From: Rhynchobatus australiae
Taxonomy: Eukaryota
Assembly (NCBI GenBank): GCA_034780895.1
Contig: JAUZTB010000057.1
Coordinates: 8,846,021 to 8,910,020 of the forward strand
Direction: 5' to 3'
DNA: 64,000 bases
The notes beneath the pieces were generated by a model that worked only from the letters and a program-made list of their open reading frames with translations, was not told the origin of the DNA and did not search any database. Position 1 is the stretch's first letter. Every line of letters starts with the position of its first letter. This document shows positions 1 to 10,539 of the stretch, one piece after another. The position numbers and the translations under genes are program-made.

Positions 1-678
1 TCAAGTTCTAGGGGTGAACATCACCAATAGCCTGTCATGGTCCAACCACGTTGATGCCACGGACAAGAAAGCTCAGCAGCACCTCTACTTCCTCAGAAGG
101 CTAAAGAAATTTGGCACGTCTCCTTTGACACTCACCAACTTTTATCAGTGCACCATAGAAAGCATCCTATCTGGATGTATCACAGCTTGGTATGGCAACT
201 GCTCTGCCCAGGAGCACAAGGAACAGCAGAGAGTTGTGGATACAGCCCAGCCCATCACGGAAACCAGCCTCCCCTCCATGGACTCTGCCTATGCCTTTCG
301 CTGCCTTGGTGAAACAGCTAGCATAATCGAAAGGCTCCACCCACCCAGGACATTCTCTCTTCTCCCATCAGGCAGAGGGCGCATACCATCAGGTTCAAGG
401 ACAGCTTCTATATCACTGTTATAAGATTATTGAGCGGTTCCCCTATACGATGAGATGGACACTTGACTTCACAATCTACCTTACAACATTGCACCCTATT
501 GTCTACCTGCACTTCCCCTACCTCTGAAGCTGTGACACTTTACACTGCATTCTGTTATTGTTTTTACCCTGTACTACCTCGATGGCACTGTGTAGTGAAT
601 TGATGTGTACGAACAGTATGCAAGACAGGTTTTTCACTGTACCTCAGTACAAGTGACAATAATAAACCAATATCAATC
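1..678 (+). mobile_element. Rex1/Babar-type LINE 3' end (RT C-terminus plus 3' UTR)
   Basis: ORF 14..424 KFLGVNITNSLSWSNH...KKAQQHLYFLRRLKKFG...FYQCTIESILSGCITAWYGN is typical of Rex1; ends in aataaaccaatatcaat tail. Confidence 0.85.
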
Positions 679-892
679 AGCCCCTCTCATGCCACCTCAC
701 CGAACTACATATCTAATACTCACACTGAAGCAAGATATCAGCAGCTTGCCATCACTTACTTCAAAACTATTATAACCATTTTGTAAAGGATCTCTTTCAC
801 TGCATTCAAACAGTGCCCATTTAGAAAAGTGGTTTTAAGCTGCATTCAACACCCTACTTGTAGTAGATAAATATGGGAGAACAAAGTTAGAG

Positions 893-1225
893 TTACACAG
901 AACGGTGGAGCACAGAAACAGGCCCTTCAGCCCACAATGTCTGTGCCGAGCATGTTGCCAAATTAAACTAATCCCTCTGCCTGCACGGGGTCCATATCCT
1001 TCCATTCTCTGCATATTCATGTGCCTATCAATAAGCCTCTTGAACACCTCTATCATATCTGCCTCCACCACCACCCCTGGCAGTGCATTCCAGGGACCCA
1101 TCACCCTGTGAAAAAAAACTTGTCCCACACATTCCCTTTAAACTTTCCCCCTCTCACTTTAAAGCTCTGCCCTCTAGCATTCGATACTTCTACCCTGGGA
1201 AAAAGATTCTGGCTGCCTACCCTAC
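893..1225 (-). mobile_element. CR1 (HER1-like) LINE 3' fragment
   Basis: Minus ORF FFHRVMGPWNALPGVVVEADMIEVFKRLIDRHM is a CR1 ORF2 C-terminus; 3' tail gggctgaagggcctgtttctgtgct; closely similar to the copy at 63281-63620. Confidence 0.85.
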
Positions 1226-1804
1226 TTCACGTGCCAGGGGTGGGGGCTGCGTTAGTGTGTTAGAGAGCCAGACGCTGCTGTGGGAACATGTTTTACCAGC
1301 TGCTGGGCTCAGTTTCTTGGGTGTATTGTTCTTCCACCAGAATAAAAGGAATGTGCATTTATGCAGCATCCTATCACATCCCTCAGACCCAAGTTCTCCT
1401 GAAGGGCTGTGACAACAGGCCGCTGGGTCAAGTAATACAGTCAGGGTGGAAAATCATCACAGAGCCCTGTTATCGAAAGGTAAAAGAGCACGAGTCAGTT
1501 AGTTTATATAAAGGGGCCACATACTGCAGGTTGCAGCTTCTGATAAACAAAATGCCTCCAGTTATCAAAGGCTAATTTCTGCCGGCACCAACACATCAAT
1601 AACCCAGGCCCCATTATAATAACTGCTCTCAGCAGCACATAGGACTGCCTCTAATCAATTATGCTGCATAAATAAAATTTTTAATCAATCCTTCTATAGC
1701 TGCTTGTCTGTAACATTCACATTAACACATCCATCATTAAACACACAGTTAACATCTTGACAGAAGCACCTCTCTCAACATCCCTGAGACAGCACCATCT
1801 CTCC

Positions 1805-2010
1805 TGCTCTCCACCATATTAGACATCCCCTTTGTTTTCTCAACACCTCCCCCTTCCCTGCAACTTAAAGCAGGTTTGATTCCTAACTGTTCCTGGTTCT
1901 GAAAGAGGATTATCAACCTGAAACATTAATTCCTTTTCTCTCCACAGATGCTGACTGACCGGCTGAGTATTTGGTTTTATTTCAGGTTTCCAGGACCTGC
2001 AAGTTTTTTT
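1805..2010 (+). mobile_element. Penelope-like element terminal (pLTR) fragment with decayed hammerhead core
   Basis: ttCTGAAAGAggattatcaacctGAAAcattaat followed by ctctccacagatgctgactgaccggctgagtatt, the same terminus that adjoins the GIY-YIG remnant at 57235-58430. Confidence 0.65.
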
Positions 2011-2024
2011 TCACTTAGCGTACA

Positions 2025-2510
2025 AACACAAGAAATAGGACCAGGCGTAGGCCATTCAGCCCCTCAAACCTGCTCCACCAATCAATGGGATCACGGATTA
2101 TCTTCTACTTCAACATCTTTCTCCTGCCAATTCCCTAAATTCCATGATTCCTCCAACATTCAGAAATCTATCAAAATCCGATATGGATAAAATCAACAAC
2201 CAAGTTGCCAAAGCCTCTTTGGAAGTGGATTACAAAGATTCAACATCATTGAGTGAAGAAACTGCTCTGATTCTAAGTGGTTTATCCATTATTCTGACAT
2301 AGTGGCTCCTGATTCTATACTCTGAGGGTCCCATCGTCCTTGTATCTACCCTGCCTAGCCCTTAAAGTTTCAATGAAGTCACTTCTTCATTCTTCAAAAC
2401 TCTACAGAGAATAGAAATCGAGCCTGCTCGGCCTCTCCTCACATTACATACCCACCATCCTAGGAACCAATCTGGTGAACCTTCACTCCATTACGCTCTG
2501 CAACCAACAT
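2025..2510 (-). mobile_element. Old CR1 LINE 3' fragment
   Basis: Starts acaagaaataggaccaggcgtaggccattcagccc (reverse of CR1 tail), followed by degenerate ORF2 C-terminal sequence. Confidence 0.7.
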
Positions 2511-2624
2511 CCTACAGCCAAACTTAGATCTTTGACCTCCTTAAAGCACCCCAAAAATTTCCATCAGGCAAATGAGAAACATTCACAAACTTTTTTTTTA
2601 AATTACAGTTGCACTCTTTGCATC

Positions 2625-3090
2625 GTAGAGTCAAGAGTCATACAGCAGAGAAACAGGCCCTTCGGCCCTGGTCTATACCACCCAATGTATCTATCTACAC
2701 TAGTCCCAGTTACTCACATTCGGCCTATAGCTTTCTACACCTTGGCGATTGAGATACCTGTCCAGGCAAGTCTCTGCCTCCACCACCTCTTCAGTCAGCG
2801 CATTGCAGACTCCAATCACCGTGTGTGTGAAGTAATCCCTCCTCAGGTGCCCTCTAAACCTCCCACCTAGAACCTACGCTCTCGTGTCTTGGACACCCAC
2901 ACCTTGCAGAAGATCCTTACCATCTACCCAATCTATCTCCACTCACATTTGTCCATCCCGCAGCCTCCTGTGTTCCAGAGGGAAAAAAATCTCAAGACCA
3001 TCCAGTCTCTCCTCATAACTGTAATGTTTCAATCCGGGCAACATCCTGGTGAGTCGCCTCTGCATCCTCTCCAGTGCAATCACATCATCT
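2625..3090 (-). mobile_element. CR1 LINE 3' fragment
   Basis: gtagagtcaagagtcatacagcagagaaacaggcccttcggccc tail; ccgggcaacatcctggtga and ctctccagtgcaatcacatc are reverse CR1 ORF2 motifs. Confidence 0.75.
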
Positions 3091-3294
3091 CACTCAGGTC
3101 AATACTGGACCATCGCCACACATACACACCATACTTCCAGGTCCCTCCATTCAAGCGGGTGTTTAGTTTTTACCGTACCGATTAATTTTGAGGATTTTCT
3201 ATTACCTCCACACTAACTGGAATTCCCTGTCACTACTTGGAGATCCTCCTGACCTTCCCTCCTAATTTGAATCCACTTGCCCTCACAGAAAGAG

Positions 3295-3555
3295 GCAATG
3301 AAGGAACTTGCATTTTCACAATGGGTTTCCACATTTTGAGATTGTTCTAAAGTATTTCACAGACAATAAATTGCACTGAAGTGTAGTTCTTTTTTCCCCT
3401 CTCCCCAGGGAATCGTGACAGTTAATTTAGTACACAGTCAAACAAACAGCAAATGATAAATCACGAGTGACTACACTAATCAGCCTGGACTGGATCTTTG
3501 AGTCCTGGTGGGGCTGGAACTCTTGACCTTTTGACAAGAGTGCCACTACACTTTT
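3295..3555 (-). mobile_element. Degenerate SacSINE1-like Deu-domain SINE
   Basis: aaggaacttgcattt...gaagtgtagt...aaacagcaaatgataaat...tggggctggaactc matches the reverse of the SINE copies at 14615 and 42935. Confidence 0.5.
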
Positions 3556-5289
3556 AATTTGGTTTGAAATGACCTTCAGGATTTATCTTTTCCAATATAT
3601 TCAGTATTGCAAGATTGCTGCAAATGACTTCCGCTGAATATTCCAATTTGGCTGTACAGTTCAGGTTTCCAGTGGCCTTGTTGACCATTATTCTACATTC
3701 ACTCAACACTCCAAGACTCTCATTTTTGCATTATTTTCAAATCTGAACAACTTTGAGTTTTCAACTCAGAGCTCCTGATGTAAACTAGAAACAGCAGTGA
3801 TTCCAATATCACCAAACTCTTCATTGCCCAAGACACTTCCACTGTCAACACACCCTGATTTCTAATCAATTCTCAAATCTTCACCCCTTTTGAGCTCAAC
3901 TAGTGATCTTTTACTTGTAACTTCGCAAAGTTATTTAGGAGGTAGAGTCAAATCAAGTTGTGGGGTTGTAATCCTGACAGCTTTTCTTCCCAGCCTCCTA
4001 ATTAAAAGGGCAATAAAAACATTTCACATAAACATAATTAAACTTGATTAAAAAAAAACTGGTCTTCTGCACCAGAGTACCTTCATTAACATTTTTATTT
4101 GAATGCCTTAGTCTCTTGAAAAAGCACAGGCTGTTGTCTCCCCCACAGTTTTCTCATTCTCCACCTCTCCGTCTGTCTCTCTCTCTCTCCACACAAAATT
4201 ACCAGGTACCCATCATGGGATCCAGAGTGCAAGGGTACAGGCAGCGACCAGGAAACTCCCCTCAAATGGGCAGCACCAAACAACAGTCATTTCTCAGAGA
4301 CCAAAGAGTATGCTGCTAAAACCAAAAAGTGTGCTTTCAGCAATACTGACTGAATGTTTAGGCACACAACTGCTCGTGAAGTAAACCACGTGGAGGGGAG
4401 GAGAGGAAGAAGCAAAAGTAGAGGGAAGGAGGGAACCCAAGGGGAAGGACAGTGTGCAAGGGCAGAGGAGTCTGATGGTAGTGAGTGAGAGTGGAGGGAA
4501 GAGGAGATGGAGTCCAAGGGGACTGAATGAGGTTAGAGGAAAGGAACCAGAGTGTAGTGAATGAGGGAGACAGAGTAAGAGTGGAGGGAGGGAGAGAATT
4601 GTTTTTGTGCTGTCATAAAGCACATAGATTGGTGGCCAAGGGCCTCACTGACCACAGACTTAGATGTCATTATCGTGAAGCGAGTGAGGTGAAGCAGCAC
4701 CACCGGTGTGGCTGCAAGCACTCACTGCTCCCTGGGGGAGAAGATCCCGCCTCCTACTTCCACAGGCTGCAGCCACCGACACCTTCTGTTGGGACACTGG
4801 CTCCATTTGTGCTCAGGCAGCAGAACAAAGGTGCCCGTGGAAGCCATCGTGGTGAGCACAGTGGAAAAACTCAGACGGAGGGTCAACCAGGTGAGTAAAA
4901 AAAGTTATTTATTCTTCAAGTAAGACTATTTTATCCAGATTATCAACAATTAATGGCAACAGATCATTGCGACCATAGTATATGGAAATTTGTGGATAAT
5001 AAGATAGTCCAGGTTTCTGCATCTCCAGTTTTAATCAATCCAGCTCACATTTCAGCCTGTGGAATTTCAGGACACGTTTATCCAGAATACATTCACATCA
5101 CAAAGAAAAGCACAGCATCAAGAGGAAGCCTCGAGCAAGGACTCAGGAGATGCTGAGAAGATCCAGCATCGCAGGCTGCATCCAACAGGTATAACAGACT
5201 GAGTACCTACGAAGACGAGAGGAGGGTCTTTGAGGAGCTCAGCCTTGAAGCAATCCAAGGCACAGCGAGTATGAAAACGGTCCCGGAAG

Positions 5290-5630
5290 GAGAATAGCAC
5301 AATGGTGCAGCTAGTAGAGCTGATGCCTCATATTCCAGTGACCTGGTTCAATCCTGATCTCTGGTGCTGTGTGTGGAGTTTGCACGTTCTCCCTTTGATG
5401 CTCCAGTTTGCTCCCACAGCCCAACGACATACAGGCTGAGGGGTTAACTGGCCGGTGTAAACTGCCATTAGTGTGTAGATGAGTGGTCTAACATCCAAAG
5501 GTGTGTTAGAGAATGTGGGAAGACTAAAACAGGTTATAGCAGAATTAGTGTAAAAGCAGATGCTTATTGGTCAGCATTGGCTCAGTGGGCTGAAGGGCCT
5601 GTTCCATACCATATCTGTCAATGACTCGAT
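5290..5630 (+). mobile_element. HE1-like tRNA-derived V-SINE nested in the CR1 fossil
   Basis: A box tggtgcagctag, B box ggttcaatcc, core gtgtggagtttgcacgttctccc, CR1-derived tail gggctgaagggcctgttcc. Confidence 0.8.
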
Positions 5631-6319
5631 GGGGAGCAGTATAGAAACCCGTTAATGAGAGGGCATTCTATAATTAAGAGGGATAAACAGAATGATCTTC
5701 AGCCAAGATCAAGACCTTTAAAGAGCACGTTACCCATCCATTACTGAAAATGGATATTTATGGCTGTTTTACAGGATGTCAGTAAGTGTTTGGGGTTATA
5801 GGACTGGTGGAAATCTACTTGCCGTGGTCTCTGTTGGTTCAAATAACTTGGGTAAGAACAGGAATGTAGTGCTGTTGGGGGATAGCAAGGGGGGGGTAAG
5901 AATCAATTTAAAAGGTAGGGGGCTCGGTGGTAATAATATTACAGAAACCACTAGCAAACAGATCAGAAGAACTAAGGGGTTAAGGTGCTGATGTGTGAAA
6001 GAAGAGTTCTTGTTCTTGGCACACTGGCATCATTTCGAGGACAGGAACAATCCGTTCTGATGGTACATGCTCCACCTGAGCCAAAATAAAACCTATGTCC
6101 CAGCAGAATCCTTACTGCAAGGCGATTTGAAGAGTAGCGATATCTTACAGTAAGTATATGGAGCTCTGGTGAAAACACACCGAGTATCATTACAGATCTG
6201 ATCTCCCATGCCCAAGGAAGAATACAGTGGTGGCAGAGGGAGCCCAATGCAGGTTAACCAACTTAATTCTTGGCATGATGTGGGGAGGGGAAGCGGTGTG
6301 GTTGCCTTGAGGGAGTGAT

Positions 6320-6810
6320 TAAACAGACTGGGCCTACACTCTCTCAAATTGAGAGCAAGATGTGACCTCACTGAAACATACCAAATTCTTGTAGTGCTTG
6401 ACAGGGTACAAGTTTCCCCTGGCCAGGTGTCTAGACCCAGGGGGCAGGGTCTCAGAATGAAGGGTCAGCCAAAAAGAGAAGAAATTTCTTCAGCCAGAGG
6501 GTTGAGAACACTTGGAAACCTCTACTCAAGAGCAGTTCGGTCACTGGGTGTCAAGGTGCAGGAAAGTAGTGCCAAGGTAAAAAGGACTAGCTACGATCAT
6601 GATGAACGGTGGAGTCGGCGTGAAGTACCCAACGGCCTGAAGATGCTTTTATTTCATATGGAGCCGGAGTAGGCCACTCGGCCCCTCGAGCCTGCCTCGC
6701 CATTCAACATGAACAAGGCTGATCTGCCTCATCCTCATCTCTCCCGTGCCAGTTCCCCACAGCCCTCGGTTCCCCGAGCTTTGGGAAATGCTTCGACTTC
6801 CTCTCTAAAT
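6320..6810. mobile_element. Two CR1 3' fragments joined tail-to-tail (+ 6320-6660, - 6660-6810)
   Basis: Plus part reads RCDLTETYQIL...DRV; it is followed directly by ggagtaggccactcggcccctcgagcctgc, a reverse CR1 tail. Confidence 0.7.
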
Positions 6811-8277
6811 CTGGCCTCGTGTTCCTTGTGCTGGAAAGGGATAAACTGGAAGGTGGCAACAGTTGTAAACTATTACAATAGTGGGAGAGGTACAAGAGAA
6901 ATGAAACAAGCCTAAATATAAACTAAAACAGGAAAGGTGAGCTCTGGATACCCCACGAGAAAAAGAGAGTTGCGGAGCATGGAATTTGAAGTGATGAGGG
7001 ATTTCAATTAAAGACGGGTTAAACTCTCTGCACTCAAAATGCACCGTTCACAATAAGGGGAATTGCACTGAATTGGAAGGCTTCAATGCATTGGTGAGCA
7101 ACCAGACCTCAAATGGGATTGCTGAAGTACAGTACAGAACACACATCAGGGCTTGGAAATATACATCATACCCTACAATATATTTCAAAGGCATACGGGG
7201 GGGCAGGTGGTACAAGTGTAGTGAAAAGGCAAAACAGCAGTGAAAGAGATGCATGCAGACGGAAATAATGAGGCAGGTTAGGTAGATGTGACATTGAATG
7301 AGAATAGAAATGACATAATCAAAGCACAGAAACAGGCCTTTCAGCCTGACCACCAGGTATCCATACATCCTATTCCCATTTGAAGAAATTCTTCAAACTC
7401 ACATGGCAAATCCCAGCTCCAAATGGATGACAAAAGCAAAATTTTAAAAGAATCCATTGCAGAAGCAGAAACAAGCACAAAATACACATTTAATAATTTT
7501 CCAGTAGAAGTATGGCACTCAAGGACCAGTAACAGCCAATACAGCTGGGAAGTTCATGGAACTAACATTGAATCCCTATTGAAAGGGGAAAATAGAAAAA
7601 ATGCAATAACTAAAAAGATAATAATGAGCAGCCAATACAAGTAGCAAAAGGCAAAGTCTTGCTTGACCAACATCTGATTTTATTCTGAAGAGGTAAGAGT
7701 GGATAAGTGCAATTCGTTGAGATTTCCGGGAGCCCTCTGCTGAGATGCCACATAATGAATTAGTGAATGCAGACCCTGGGGACTGGCAGCAGAGTGGATA
7801 ACTAGCTGGCTGCAGTACAGAAAGCCAAGACATGGGACAAAGGGGAGCTATTTAGAATGGCAGAAAGTGAAGTGTTGCTTGCCACCAGAATCAATGTTGG
7901 GAACACTACTTTGCACAATTTTGGTTAATAAATTAGATTTTGCAATCAAAAACAATTTCTAGACTTGTGGATAACTAATTGAGGGGCAGGGGTTGCAGTT
8001 GGGATGGAAAAAGTCAACACTGAGGACAACTGCAAAAAAGTCATGAGGATATTAAACTTGTAGAATGGACATAGAATTGACAATAGGATTTTAACATAAC
8101 CGTGACATTATTTTACATTGGTAAGGAAAAATAGAATCCACATTAGTTGGATGATGTAAATCCATCAGTGTAGAAGCAGAGGGATCTTCGGCTTTGAAAT
8201 CACCAAAAGTAGCTCTGCAGGCTAACAAGACCATAAAAAGCTGCAAACAAAGTCCAAGGGCCAATTACAAGAGCAAA

Positions 8278-8490
8278 TCAGTGCAGATGTGAGAAATCTT
8301 CAATAAAAACAGAAAATGATGGAAATACTCAGCAGGTCGATCAGCATCTGCAGAGAGAAATGTGTCTCAGTTCAATGACCTTTCCTTATGGATTCCTGTT
8401 CTCTAATGAACAGTAATCTGAATTGTTAACTCTTCTCTCCCCAAAAGACAGTCCTACTGAGTCTTTCCAACATTTTGTTTCTTTCATTGC
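8278..8490. mobile_element. Penelope-derived fold-back (inverted pLTR) mini-element
   Basis: Left arm aaacagaaaatgatggaaatactcagcagg is the degenerate inverse of right arm cctactgagtctttccaacattttgttt. Confidence 0.6.
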
Positions 8491-8939
8491 AAAGGATTTA
8501 CTTCTCAAACTGTAGAATTTAAGAGGTCTACAAGTTATGCCAAACATATTGAACTTTGGTTACACCACACTTGTAACGCTATGTTTAATTTTGGTCACCA
8601 TATTAATGAAATTATATGGGATACTTAAGGATACAAGAGATTTACAGCTATACTACCAGAAGTGAGGGTTCATACTCAGAAGGACAGAATGAATTTGACA
8701 CGAATAACTTACTCTTTGATAAGTGTAGACAGGGAAAGAAGTTTTTTTTTATTTTTGGAGAACAGCAAAACTACAGGCCACCAATGTGATAGTCACCAAG
8801 AAATTATATGAGTAATTAGAAAGGCACATCCCTACCCAGCGAGCAGGGAGAATGTCGAACATCCTATCATAGGAAGTATCTGAGACGAATAGAGGAGATG
8901 CACTCACAGGGAGGCTAGATTGTGAGGGAATACAAGGGG

Positions 8940-9165
8940 GAAAAAAGAACAAAGGACTGCAGATGCTGAAATCTAGATGAAAAACACTGATGCTGGAGGA
9001 ACTCAGCAGGCCAGGCAGCATCTGTAGAGAAAAGCAGGCGGTCAACGTTGCAGGTCAGGACCCTTCTTCAGGACTGAAGATAGGAAAAGGAGAAGCCCAG
9101 TATATAGGAGGGAAAAGCAGAGCAGTGAGAGAGAGATGGTAAGAGCAAGACAGGAAAGTTTGCAA
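8940..9165 (-). mobile_element. Penelope-like terminal fragment with near-intact minimal hammerhead
   Basis: Minus strand cagtcCTGAAGAagggtcctgacctGCAAcgttgac...tctacagatgctgcctggcctgctgagttcctccagca; runs into a gap. Confidence 0.75.
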
Positions 9166-9942
9166 ANNNNNNNNNNNNNNNNNNNNNNNNNNNNNNNNNN
9201 NNNNNNNNNNNNNNNNNNNNNNNNNNNNNNNNNNNNNNNNNNNNNNNNNNNNNNNNNNNNNNNNNNNNNTATAGCTTTGATGGGAAAAACAAAGTTTAAT
9301 CCCAAAAGCAGGGAGTAAAAATGCCAAGATGTAACAAAAGGATTAGTTACAGGATGGGAGGACACTGGTATAGGGCATTAACACTGCACAGTTGGAGCAA
9401 ATGGCTCTAAAATTTATGTAATTTTATTTAATTCCATTGAATCAAAATATTCACTGCAGATGCCACCCTGATAGCTGTTGTACATTATGTAGCATCCCTA
9501 CCATTACAAATCTGTGTAGCTTCTGAATCACTTCAAGATCTACTAATGTTAATTAACTGCAAACTTAGAAGAGAATGAAGTGGAACAAACAGGAGGGCTG
9601 CCCTCATCAAAAATAAAAGGCAGTTATAGGGACAAAATCTTCAGGAAGTCTGCAAAATATGCAAACCACACAGAGAAAGCACATTCCAGATCTGGCTGCA
9701 GAAAACTGTACCTCACACAAACAGTGAAGATGAAGAATACAATTTATTTTCGGCAAGTGCAGGCAAAAAACAATAGCAGAACCAGTTAATATGGACCTGG
9801 TTGCAAGGGAAGGAGGGGACTGCAAGGTAGGGGAATTGTCACCCAGTCTGCTTGGCAAGGAACTGAAAATCCAAGTAGCTCCCACTTTTATGCCTGGTCC
9901 TCTGAAGGCTGGTGGGGCAGGTTGTACAACGCACTAGCAGCC

Positions 9943-10539
9943 NNNNNNNNNNNNNNNNNNNNNNNNNNNNNNNNNNNNNNNNNNNNNNNNNNNNNNNNNN
10001 NNNNNNNNNNNNNNNNNNNNNNNNNNNNNNNNNNNNNNNNNNNNNNNNNNNNNNNNNNNNNNNNNNNNNNNNNNNNNNNNNNNNNNNNNNNNNNNNNNNN
10101 NNNNNNNNNNNNNNNNNNNNNNNNNNNNNNNNNNNNNNNNNNNNNNNNNNNNNNNNNNNNNNNNNNNNNNNNNNNNNNNNNNNNNNNNNNNNNNNNNNNN
10201 NNNNNNNNNNNNNNNNNNNNNNNNNNNNNNNNNNNNNNNNNNNNNNNNNNNNNNNNNNNNNNNNNNNNNNNNNNNNNNNNNNNNNNNNNNNNNNNNNNNN
10301 NNNNNNNNNNNNNNNNNNNNNNNNNNNNNNNNNNNNNNNNNNNNNNNNNNNNNNNNNNNNNNNNNNNNNNNNNNNNNNNNNNNNNNNNNNNNNNNNNNNN
10401 NNNNNNNNNNNNNNNNNNNNNNNNNNNNNNNNNNNNNNNNNNNNNNNNNNNNNNNNNNNNNNNNNNNNNNNNNNNNNNNNNNNNNNNNNNNNNNNNNNNN
10501 NNNNNNNNNNNNNNNNNNNNNNNNNNNNNNNNNNNNNNN
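9943..10539. other. Largest assembly gap (N run)
   Basis: Continuous N; large enough to hide a small exon or repeat. Confidence 0.99.

Larger units (their letters stand above)
4950..8930 (+). mobile_element. Near full-length, highly decayed CR1 LINE (ORF1 esterase, endonuclease, RT) carrying nested younger insertions
   Basis: ORF1 SGNH-like remnants GHSII (~5660), VVSVGSNNLGK (~5820) and FLFLAHWHHF...LHL (~6005-6080); GDFN-like ggggatttcaat (~6997); RT remnants WITSWLQYRK...PPESMLGTLL (~7795-7915); CR1-like 3' region to ~8930. Confidence 0.7.

Noticed and set aside
14-424. 136-aa ORF as a host gene
   Set aside because: It is the C-terminus of a Rex1-type reverse transcriptase.
4527-4923. 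ORFs ending near a CAG|GTGAGT donor as a nested gene exon
   Set aside because: No recognisable protein; lies directly upstream of CR1 ORF1 remnants and is better explained as element 5' UTR.
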